Assembly (NCBI GenBank): GCA_976226885.1
Contig: OZ320319.1
Coordinates: forward strand, 80,724,001 to 80,788,000
Length of the DNA: 64,000 bases
Direction: 5' to 3'
From: Iphione sp. A-MEVVRFRX5
Taxonomy: Eukaryota
The translations under genes and the position numbers were made by a program. Within the stretch, counting starts at the first letter, position 1; each line of letters opens with the position of its first letter. Below are positions 39,901 to 52,200 of this stretch, piece after piece. Under the pieces are notes generated by a model that was not told the origin of the DNA, did no database searches, and saw only the letters and a program-made list of their open reading frames with translations.

Positions 39901-42900
39901 GTTGTTTCTCGTAGGGTTATCTTCGGAGTTCATTGTTTGGACTAGGTGATTGAGATATCATTGGACTGTCTGTCAGCCGTCCTGTTACAACACCGTGCAC
40001 AACACTGCTGTTTATCATATCACACAAGGATGTCGACTGTACATGTCATGAGAACATGTAGTGTCTGCAGCAGTGTTACAAAACAATGTAAAACATCGCT
40101 TTTGTTTTAACTCGCCGGCTTTGAGTCAACTCTTGTTTCGAATGTGAGCTGCTCTTTGCAAAAAAAAAAAAAAAAATCAGCTCTGGCCCAGACCAATTCC
40201 TTTAGGCTACCGAGGGGACTTCCCAAGCAATGTGTCTGCATTCCGAGCGTCACTTAACCCGTGATGAGTGTGGTAACAGGGAACCTGGTTGGCAGTTCCT
40301 GTCTGCAGTTCCCTAAGGGAACAGCTCTGTGTGGATGGGTTTTCAGTGGAGCTCAGACTAACTTGTAGTGTTGTTTCAGTGGTCAGTAGAGCACCACTAC
40401 ATGGAGCGGGTATGTACATGCCAGGTGAGTGGCCCGTGCTCTCTGATGTGGAGGCTGGCCTACTGGGCCCACTGGGTGGTCATGGTGGGTCCAGAGCCCG
40501 CTGTCCACCTATGACGGGATGGCAGGTGGCTAGGAGGGAGGGAGGGGGGGTTCATGAGGGAAGAGCATCAGAGCCAGCCATACATCTCCCTGCAGGACAG
40601 TGGGAGGCTAGGAGGGAAGGGGTATGTAAGGAGAGGATGCTTAACATAGTTAAATCATGTAAAATCCCATCTAATTTGCATATCATATGCATGAAAATTC
40701 ACACAGTTGTACTATCCTTGGAATTTGTGGGGAAAAAATACATACAGTTGCCACAAATTTCAGACACTTGCAGGAAAAAAAATCGCGCATTTGGCACAAT
40801 TTCGGTATTGGGTAGAGGTTGGATCTGACCTGGGTCTGATCTTCACAGTTACAGCTCACAGTTGCACCTTCTACTAGTTTCGTATGTAAATGTGATACAG
40901 TCCGGATGTTCAGTAGGGTGAGTCACATGCTGGTATAGTTAGCTTGTTGTGATTCGTACCATTATGTTTCGGTAGTTTTTATTCGCAGTCTGGGTGTTCA
41001 TTACTGTGATTCACACGCTCGTACTTAGATTGTTATGATTCACATCGTTGTATTCTGTAGGATTGTGGGCAAACAGTCCTTTCATTAAAGGGGGGAATGT
41101 ATGGATGGGTGGTCCCACTCGTGCTTGTATTAGAGGGACTTTTGTCCACCCCCAACCCGCATGTAGGGGGGCGGCGGCGAATTACAAAATACCGATGTCC
41201 AACCATCAGAACGCTGTATCAAATAAACTGATCTTCTTATTATGATATTCTAATAATTGGACTCTTGGTCATTGGTTACTTGCAAATTATTTGAACTAAT
41301 CTAAAAATTTTTTTTAAACAATTCATATTGCAGGCAAAGACCCTGCTGAGAAGCACAGACTCATGGCTATAGCACAGAAGGACAAGGAAGCAGAAGCAGC
41401 GGAGGAGGCGCCACCACCGCATGACAGGTAAACTAATAAAAGAGACAGAAAAAGAGGCATAGAGAGAGGGGGCGGGGGGAGAAAGAGACAGGCAGTGGTC
41501 AAGAGCAATCAATGGACTGATAGAGACACGTTTAGAGAGGGCAACATGTGAATTATTACATTATGATACAGATGTAGACAGACGATGAGAGATAGAGAGA
41601 GGGCCAGGGACAAAAAGACAGATGGACAGGACAAAGGAATGACGAGGGGAACCACAGTGTGCAAACGCAGATCGACGCCAGTCTGAGACTAGACCATATC
41701 AGAGGGAAAAACAGCAATAGTACTATAGCAGCTCACCCTTTGGGGTACTCAACTCTAAGGGTGACAGACGGAGAAACACCAGCAAACATGAACTAATCCT
41801 CAGCAGTACAGTAAACAATTACCCTGTGGGGAACTCAACTAGGAGGTAACTAATCCTCAACTAGGAGGGTAACAGAGGGAGAAATATCAACTAATCCTCA
41901 GCAGTACAGTAACAAAGTACCCGGCGGGGAACTCAACTAGGAGGGTAACAGAGGAAGAAAGATCAACAATCCTCAACAGTACAGGAGCAGCTCACCCTGT
42001 GGGGAACTCAACTAGGAGGGTAACAGAGGGAGAAACACCAACAAATCCTCAGCTACGTGGGTAACAAAATAAGAAATATCAACAAATCTTTAACAGTACA
42101 GGAGCAGCTTACCCTGCGTGGAACTCAACTAGGAGGGTAACAGAGGAAGAAACATCAACAAATCCTCAACTATGAAGGTAACAGAGGGAGAAACATCAAC
42201 AAATCCTCAGCAGTACAGTAGGAGGTCACCCTGCAGGGAACTCAACTAGGAGAGTAAGAGAGGGAGAAACATTAACTTATCCGCAAAAGTTCAGTAGCTG
42301 CTCACCCTACGTGGAATTCAACTAGGAGGCTAACAGAGGGGTACTTACTATATGACATACAAGGATAGGTATGGATAGGATACGTAATAATTCCTTTCAT
42401 TCTTCAGTGCTAGGTTTGACTACTTCTCTAATTACCTAGAACCAACAAGGGATAAAGGTAAGAAGGTAAACTAAAGTTTATTATCCACACGTCTGGAGTC
42501 TTCGAATATTTAGAAACACTGGACAACTGTCTGGTGGCAGGAGTACGTACACACCGCAATTCAAGCCGACAGGAGAGCATATATACTTTCATTATTTTTA
42601 TTTTTTCGTTCTGCGCATGCGCGGGACAATGTCGACTAGGGACTAATTGCGCTCCCGGTTCAACCGTGGTTAATAATGGGATATACTCCATGCTTCAAGC
42701 CAAATAATTTTTAATTATTGTATGAAGATTCATAGACACTGGAAATAACCTTGATTCCCATTTTGCCAAGTGATATAAAGAAATATTACACATGATACTC
42801 TGCAACCGTACTCAAGTAAACAAAATGGCCGCCACTACAATGTTTACGGTTGCTAGGCAGTAGAATCTATACTATCACACCTGACTCAGTGCTAAACTGA

Positions 42901-45900
42901 CACTAATAACTTGAACATTATCACAACACTGACATTATAGGACACGAATTGTAAATTTAGTCATGCCTTTGAAAGTGTTTAAAGCTAAAAAGGGCAAAGC
43001 ACCAATTCGTAAACCTAGTGAATCTAGTGATTCAGCAACCTCCTTCAAGGGCTTCACTAAAGAAGAAATAGAGAAGTCGCAAGCCAAATCACAAAAGAAA
43101 CAACAAGGCTCTACCCAAAGCACAACAACAACCACCCCCTTAGCTTCTACTTCAACTGATGTACCAGCCAACTCTAGAAAACCTGAATCAAGTGACTCCA
43201 ATACATCTATGACATCCACAGTCTCTAAGTTTTCTACGATCTCGACAACAACGAAGCAGCTCGAGAAAATGCTTGAAAATGCAATAAGGAAGACCAGATT
43301 AGAGACTATTGAGTATGTTGACGAAAGGCTTGATGCAGTGGAGAACCAAATGGTAGATGTTACAAACTCTACCATTAGTGCTGTGCACAGGACTGAAGAA
43401 CTAGAAAATAGAGCCAGGAATCGTGCCCTGAAGATAATAGGCCTTGCTGAAACTCATCAACCAGATGTGGATGAACTAATCAACCTCTTCAACAAGCTGA
43501 ACCTCGACCAACCAATCAAGAAAGAGGACTTCGACCTTATTTATAGAATAGGAAAGAAGGACTCTGCTAATGCTACCAGGCCTCTATTTGTTTCTTTCAT
43601 ACGCGAGAGTACCAAACAACAAGTTTATGGCAAACATACCAGTCTAGGCAGGGTCGCTAGAGGCATCTTCTTTAATGAAGATTTATCAGAAGTTAATAGA
43701 GCAAGATATTTTAGAGCCAGACAGCAAGTGAAATCAGGAAGATACACAAGTTCATGGACTCTAAATGGGAAAGTCTACGTGAAAACTTCACAGACTGGAC
43801 CACCTATCTTGTTCGCTGAAGAAGATGTAACCCAACACTGAACGCAACACTGAACTTTAAATGATAACGCGGTTATCACTGGCATGATATCTAACACTAT
43901 TTGTATAAATATCAGTGATACCATGCCTAACAGTTTATTATTCTCTCAACAATAATAGGCCGTCTATTCTGGACATTTCATCATATCGGCCACCTGGCCT
44001 TTTTTTCCTAGATATTGACTCGTAACGAACTATCAGTAGCATTAACAACACCAACGAACAACCGGAAATACGTCATAGTCATTATGTTAATGTGATTTGA
44101 GCGGAAGCGGTGACATAATTTCTGTCACCGCGCCTTGAGATTACACCGCGTGGCTGTGTATGCAACCATTGTCTATGATCCCCTACTTCACAAATACAGA
44201 CGCACATATATTACATTACCTAACACTATAACAACTAACGACACAAACAGATACAAATTACATATCACACCAGTTAGTAATCCCAATGACACCATTACAA
44301 ATTTCTTAAGTGACCGGATAACATCGCCTATCCCATTCTTAATAATATACTCTAGTGAACGGCTCGCAATTACCCCTATATCGGCTGTGCCTAAAGGCAC
44401 CAGATTTTTTGATCCATCTATAACTTTGAAGACTGATGATTGATAACCTTCTACTAACAGACATCAATCAGCTTAACAAACGTGGGCTGAATATAGCCCA
44501 TCTCAATGTACGGAGTCTAAAACCCAAAATTGACACACTGCAAGCTGAGCTTGCACACAACAATATTGACATATTATGTATCTCAGAAACATGGTTGAAT
44601 TGTACTATCAACAATAACCAACTTAATATACCCAACTACCACTTGCTAAGATTGGACAGACAACATTCGGACAGAAAACATGGTGGCATTGCATTTTACT
44701 ACAAACAAAATCTCCTTAATAGAGCGACACTGCAAATTGAACTATCTCTCAATTTATCCAACAAGAATATTGAATTATCAGTCTTACAATACAAACACCC
44801 ACATATTGGAACAATTAATATAATTCAACTCTACCGACCACCATCTGGTAATATTGATGCTTTCATTCAACATATGCACAATATTTTATCACAATTTGAC
44901 ACAAACTCTCAGGAAATAGTAATATTAGGTGACTTCAATATTGATTATCTGAAAACCAGAAGCTCTCATTATAAAAAGCTACACACTCTAGAAAGTACAT
45001 TTGGACTTGTAAATTTAATACACACACCTACTAGAATTACTCATAAGACTAGAACCTGCATAGATCTAATCCTAGTAAATAATCCAAACAAATATCAACA
45101 AGCTGGCACGGTCACCTCACAAATAAGTGATCATTTTTGGACTTTCACAAAAAGAAAATCCTTCATCGCACGACCCAAATTCAAATTTATCAGATGTCGT
45201 GACTACAGTGGATTTGATGAAGAACAATTCAAAAGAGACATCTATCAGGAAACAACAGCAATAGACTACACCCAAGAAGCAGACACCCAATGGGATCATC
45301 TTGAATCTATAATATCCAATGCCTTAAACAAACATGCCCCCTACAAGTTCAGAAAAGTTCCTATCAATATTCCAAAGTGGATAACCAAGGAAATATCAGA
45401 TCTCAGAAGAACTAAGGAAAAGCTCTTCAAACAATACAGAAAAACTCATTCACCAACCATACTCCAAGAAGCCAAACAGATCAGAAACAAACTCAATAGC
45501 AAAATTAGGAATGCCAAGAGTAAGTACATACAAGATAAATTACAGCAACATAGACACGATCCCGCAAAATATTGGAAAGAATTAAAAACTCTTCTCCCAA
45601 GCAAGAAATCCGATGACCTCACTATTGAACAAATCTCCTACCAGAACAACATTATAACAGATAAACAACAAATATCTCGCTACCTGAACCAACATTTCAC
45701 TAATATAGGAATCACAACACAAAATTCACTCCAACAATCCAAATTGACTTATTTCTACCCCACAGTGGACTGCACACTGAAAGCTTTTGATCCGACAACG
45801 GAACAAGAAGTGCTCAACATCATGAAATCATTCTCTCAATCCAAGCCCTCTGGATACGCTGACATTCCCATGAAACACATATGCACTCTTGCTCCAATAA

Positions 45901-48900
45901 TATCTGACTCTATCTCTAACATTATTAACAAAATATTCGAAACACAACAAATTCCCACGTCCTGGAAGACTGCTACAATAACACCCCTACACAAAGGCGG
46001 AGACAAAACACTCCCGACAAACTACCGTCCAATTTCGGTCCTACCCTTCACCCATAAAATCATGGAGAAAATAATCCAATCGAGACTTATGAACTACATA
46101 AATAGAAACAACCTACTTGACAACAAGCAAGGAGGATATAGGACAGGATTCTCTACCTTGACAATGGTACAACATATTACGGACACTCTCCGAATTAATA
46201 ACAGTAATAAATTATACACAGTAGCAATATTCTTGGATATTTCCAAAGCTTTTGATACTGTTCCCCATGATCTATTACTTAACAAATTATCTCAAATAGG
46301 TATCACAAACTCTGCACATAATCTCCTCAGAAACTACCTTTCAAACAGATATCAGGCCACACTAGCAAACGGACATAGATCTACCACTCTTAAGATCAAA
46401 ACTGGTGTGCCCCAAGGCTCTGTCTTGGGACCTATCCTCTTCATATTATACATCAACAATGTCACAAAGGAACTTTGGCCAAATGAATACGCTATATATG
46501 CTGATGACACGATCATTCTGAGCTCCGACAAATCCATTGACAAAGCAATTAGGAAGGCCCAACAAATATTAGAAAAAACTCTTGACTGGCTAACTTTCCA
46601 CAAACTAGCACTTAATATTCAGAAAACACAATACATGATATTTGGTAGCAATAGAAATATAAATCACATTAGGCAAAAAACTTCCCTCACACTCAATGGT
46701 CAAACACTCAAACAGGCTAACACTTATAAATACCTAGGACTTGTACTTGATCACAACCTCACTATGAAACAACATGTATCTCATGTTACAAGAAAACTCA
46801 ACACAACACTCACTGCACTGAACATGGCTAACAAGCATCTTGAAAACAACACTAAACTAACACTGTACAAATTACTAGCCCTTCCTCACATAGATTACCT
46901 TGACATCATATGGTCAACAGCGCCTAGCACACACATCAAGCAAGTACAAAGACTCCAAAACAGAGGCATCAAAAGAGCACTTCAGCTAGACAGCAGAACA
47001 TCAACAAAGGAAGTACACAACCTAGCAAACATGATGATGGTGCAAGAAAGGATCAACTTCCACTTAATAATACAAGGATACAAAGCATTTCTACAGTTAC
47101 ACCCAGACTACCTACAGAAATATTTTACACCACAAGAAGCCTTATACAACCTGAGAGATACATATCATGACAAATTCAAACAGCCCTACAATTCACATAC
47201 AACACACATTATGAAAACAACATTCAACAGAATAATACAACAATGGAACAAAGCACAAATACATGCAATAAACTATAACACACATAACATGATTCAAAGT
47301 TTCAAGCATGACATCACTAGACAATGGTCGCAAAATGTACTATTACTTAATTGAATACATTCATCCTCATGTTTTATTGATCAACTTTGGCCTGGTTAGA
47401 TAGACTAAACGTGCTTCTCTTGATATTGTTTGGTACTCTCTCTTCTATATTTGACAACTTAGTAAGTGATGTAACTGCAGTCCAATCTTCCAACACTGTA
47501 CTAGCAGCCCCGGCTGGAAACCAGCCCTTGGCTGATGCCGGTTAGCTGTTTTAAAAGAAATAAAAAAAAAAAAAAAAAAATTTTATTTTAATTTTATTTG
47601 GGTGGGGGAATGTGTTGCCTAACATCTGATACATCTCCCTAGAAAGAGGAGTTCAAACATATGGCTAGCCCTATCTTCTGTCAAGGAGAGCTAATATACA
47701 GGTATACTTCTGTTGAAGAAGTGTATGTATTCTAGGGTACAACCTCGTTGTAGGAATCTTCAATTTTTATGAGGAGCACAGTACATGTAATTGAAATGGG
47801 AGGCTTGATGGTGCAGCTAGTCGAAAGGCGACCGGCCCCAGGTGAGCGGGACGAAGTAGCCGCTGGAATAGTGCAGTCGCCCCACCAGCGTAAAAGCCTG
47901 CCCTGTTCTAGTTCTGTGACAACTGTAGCGGCAGGAACAGATGGCCTCAGGCGGGGGTGGCTGTCAGAGGCAGGAGACCCCAACTACGTGACGAGGTTAC
48001 TGATTGGTCAGCCAGGGGGCGCAGTNNNNNNNNNNNNNNNNNNNNNNNNNNNNNNNNNNNNNNNNNNNNNNNNNNNNNNNNNNNNNNNNNNNNNNNNNNN
48101 NNNNNNNNNNNNNNNNNNNNNNNNNNNNNNNNNNNNNNNNNNNNNNNNNNNNNNNNNNNNNNNNNNNNNNNNNNNNNNNNNNNNNNNNNNNNNNNNNNNN
48201 NNNNNNNNNNNNNNNNNNNNNNNNCTCCCGCTGCCTCTCTGTCTCTCGCTTTCTCTGTAGCAGCTACCTGTTGAAAGCTGCTTACTTTGCGACGTAAAAT
48301 GTAGCAGTGAAGCTTGCAGAAGGGGTCGGATTTTTTTTTTTTGGGGGGGGGGGCGCTGAGAAAGTAGATCATTTAAATTGGTACATTCGTTTTTGATGCT
48401 GCAAAGAGGTCTGTAAACATCGACACAGTGGGACCAGGGCCTCCTCCGTCAGAATCAAGCGGTTCTCGTGTGTCCCCGGTAGCAGGAGGGAGAAAAGGCA
48501 CCGACACTATTATAGCATACGTCTACCCAGGTCATTCTGTTCATTGATGGTAATGTCTGTGCTAGTTCGGTAATATGAAACCTAATGCACTAGGTCGGTA
48601 GAATAATAATGAGGGTTTTTTTTTTTTGCCCCCAACAGCTTTGAGCGCGATCTGCCAGAGCTTATGTTATCCCGGACTCCCCCTCACCCACCCCCAAACA
48701 CCCACACATACACGCACGCACGCACGCGCGGGCGCACGCACAGTCCAGCCTTTTGATGCTTGTATGCGTATGATAGGGCGATCATATGGAAAACTACCAG
48801 ACTTGACATGGGCTTCATTCATTTTATTCCCTAGTCTCTTCGGCAGCTTGAGACCTCTAGTTTTGGTAATGAATCTAGTTTAGGCGGGTTTTCCGTGTAC

Positions 48901-49143
48901 ATCTTTTTTTTTGTCATGGCTGTCGTTTCGAAATGCGTAGTCACAAACCCTCATGATACCAGGATACGTGATGGTCTTTCCATGTGGATGTATTAACTAC
49001 AGTAGACATAAGGACCCCCGGGGCCAGGTTGATAACTGCTGGTGGTTGAAATTAATCCCCCAGCCGTCATGTATACCTGTATATGCATCTGTAGCCATGA
49101 AAAATGGTTGACAGCCAATAGACCGATACGCACGTATCATAGC

Positions 49144-49219
<76 letters not shown>

Positions 49220-52200
49220 CATAGATGAAGCAATTTTTACCATTTACGGGGGACAGGTCATTACTCTGTCCCTGCAACCACTGAAACTTGTGTCATCACT
49301 ACCAGATTATCCCATTGTCGCTACGATACGTGCGATCGGTCAATTGGCTGCATGTTTTTCTCACAAGTCACGGGCACGCATCTGAATGCATGTGTAGGTG
49401 TCCATGGAAAGCCCACCTAAGGGAGAATCATGTATGTTTATCAATGTTATCGGAATTTGCCTTGAGCATAGTGAAGGATCTTTGTAGCACCCTCCGCTTN
49501 NNNNNNNNNNNNNNNNNNNNNNNNNNNNNNNNNNNNNNNNNNNNNNNNNNNNNNNNNNNNNNNNNNNNNNNNNNNNNNNNNNNNNNNNNNNNNNNNNNNN
49601 NNNNNNNNNNNNNNNNNNNNNNNNNNNNNNNGAGGGAGAGGGAGTCTGTGTCTGTGTCTGTGTCTGTGTGCACGTGCGTCCTTGACTTGTCTACATCAAT
49701 CTATCGATATGCTTTGTTTGTTTCGAGACGGGATTGCTAATGCTGCTTTTGGTAATTCCCTCGTATCCCCCCCCCAACCCTCAACCACCACCACTACCAC
49801 TAGAATCAGGTCGGGTCCCTTGCTGTTAATGACGTTGACGGATCCATTTCGTCACCTGACTGCTGCTGGTACCATCGTGTTTGGGAAACCCAGGGTGCGA
49901 CAAGCGGGCTACCAGCGACAGTACTTCCCCCACGTCCATAATAACCTATCGTGTGAAGGTCACAGCGACGCATGCCCAGTCCTGTCGCGGAGGAGGAGGG
50001 AGGAATGTGGTAGTTTTGTTGACGAACAGAGGACTAATATCATGATTGGGATCTATTGAATGAAGTCAACCTGTATATTATTTGTTTTCCCAGTGAGATA
50101 CACATACACAATATACACCGTTTCATTTGAGTCAAAAATCAGTAAACTGTCGGCCCCGCTTAATCGGACCCCAGTTAACCGAATGCCTTGTTTATACGGA
50201 CTGTTTTATCTGGTACCGATGTGTTTCCCCCACTATTTCGTGTAAGGTAAACTAAAACCTTGGTTAAAAAGAGACGGACCTTATTCGGTTAAGCGAGATT
50301 GACTGCACAGGTATAATACCTCCGTGAACGCAATACTCGTGTTCCTGGATTCACAGACACATCATTCCGCCCTTAAATCTTCATGGTTCTCGACTTGAAA
50401 TATATTCATAAATCCCTTGTTCTTCTACTTAGTACATAAGATTCTTCGGTTATAATAATGTTTCTGTTAACAAAGTGTACGTCTTTAAGAGGTACATACA
50501 AAATGCCGTGAATCAAGTGACCATGGTGGTATTGATAGTGAACTATATGAACGCGTGCAGTTAGACCCCCGTAATGTAGCCACTAGAGGGACCAGCAAGT
50601 TCTGCCCTTAATGACGAGTTGCCTTTAACTAAGGTCTGTTTTCCTTATACAGTGGATCCCCTCTACTAAGGAAACCCTCAATGAAGGACACCTCATATCA
50701 TGTGCAGGCTGGAAATAAAACCAAATCTATATTAGCATGTTTAAGTACCCCTGCACCCCTCTTTATGGACACTTTTTGGTCACTCCCTTTGCTGTCCGTA
50801 GTAGAGCGGTTCCACTGTATATATCACTAAGCGTTGGAATGGGAAATATTGGCCTTTATTCTGAGTCGCTCTCCGAGTTGAGTTGCTACTGTGTGACATG
50901 TTTGTAGCTACATGTATGAGATAAACACAGGTGGAACGAAGTCTCTTTGTAAAGCTGCTTTCTCCATCTCCATCTCCGCCTACAGGCTGTACGTCGTCTA
51001 CTTCATCCTGATGCTCCATGGAATCGGCACCTTAATGCCCTGGAACATGTTCATCACGGCCACAGATGTGAGTCCATACAACGGAATCTGATCTTATGTC
51101 TAAAGAAAACGAAAAGAAGAAAGTCAGTGAATATAAAATCTACAGTCTGATCCCACGTTTTATATTTTTGATTGAAAAACTGGCTCATTATTTGTTGAAT
51201 TGTTTTGGAAGATGCGGGAATCTGCTTATTGCGGGGCCGGTTGATACCGCCTGACTATACATAGCACAATTAACATTAAAAAAAAAACCAAACGAACAAG
51301 AAAACAACAACAACGCAACTCATACAGTATAGTTTGTCTATATACATTTATCTACCACAAGACAGATTGCCATCAGTCTCACAGTCTACCATCTGTTTTC
51401 ACAGTATATTGCTCTGCTCCTTCTAGCCAGGCAGCCTTTCTACTCGGTAATGTGAGATTTAAAAAAAAAAGAAAAATAAGTGTTCAGGAGGACTGTATTA
51501 TACCAGGCATAATGTACAGTAATGTATTATCTTATCAATAATGTATCTATAATGTATTATCTTTCCATCTTTCTCATCCGCTACCCAGTACTTTGTCGGG
51601 TACAAGTTGAACCCAGAGGCCGCCCGACGCGGGGCGACCTCTAGCGCCATCATCTACAACTCGAACGTTACTAGTGGCGCCCTCAATGGGACGGGCCTTG
51701 ACCTAAGTACGTCGGACAGTGCCATCTACCGGAACTATTTCCTGAGTTTCCTGGGCTTCACGGCACAGGTGCCCAACGTGCTGCTGAACGCCATCAACTT
51801 ATTCTGTCAGTGCGGCGCGTAAGTAGAACTTCACGTCGGTGAATGAACTTGGCGTGTGTATGTGTGTGGGCGCGTGTCGGTGTGTGTGTCGGTGTCGGAT
51901 GCTGTGATACTCATGTACAATGTATGTATGCAGCCAGGTCCAGTCTTCCGTACCCCCCGATGCCACATTCCTACATTTTCAAGACCAAGCATATGTGGTC
52001 TTAGGCCATAATTCATAGAATTCCCACTAAAACCAGATTCCCTTGTCAACTGACTTATATCAGATGTAGTTAAAAATTTCAACGGAAGAGGGCTGATATT
52101 GTGTGAGTGTGCGTGTGCATATGAGATCATCTGTAAACTGCCTCTCATCGCCTTGACTGTCTAGGCAAGATCTTAATTGATAAAGAGACCTGCCATATAT

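Larger units (their letters stand above)
42860..47580 (+). mobile_element. Apparently full-length non-LTR retrotransposon (L2/CR1/Crack-like LINE) inside ENT intron 2
   Basis: Two uninterrupted ORFs, 3' UTR stem-loop GGCTGG-AAA-CCAGCC (47512-47526), AATAAA (47559) and A19 tail (47562-47580). The 5' boundary is uncertain (about 42600-42900) and no unambiguous TSD was found. The clade is inferred from ORF architecture and the poly-A tail. Confidence 0.93.

Noticed and set aside
42935-43375. 146-aa antisense ORF over LINE ORF1 (ORF0-like idea)
   Set aside because: A shadow of the S/T/K-rich sense frame, with no independent motif or promoter evidence.
42595-47589. TTTTATTTT as the LINE target-site duplication
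   Set aside because: Low-complexity match that is expected by chance in T-rich flanks.
7004-49740. ORFs spanning N blocks
   Set aside because: They are open only because of X codons; there is no coding evidence.
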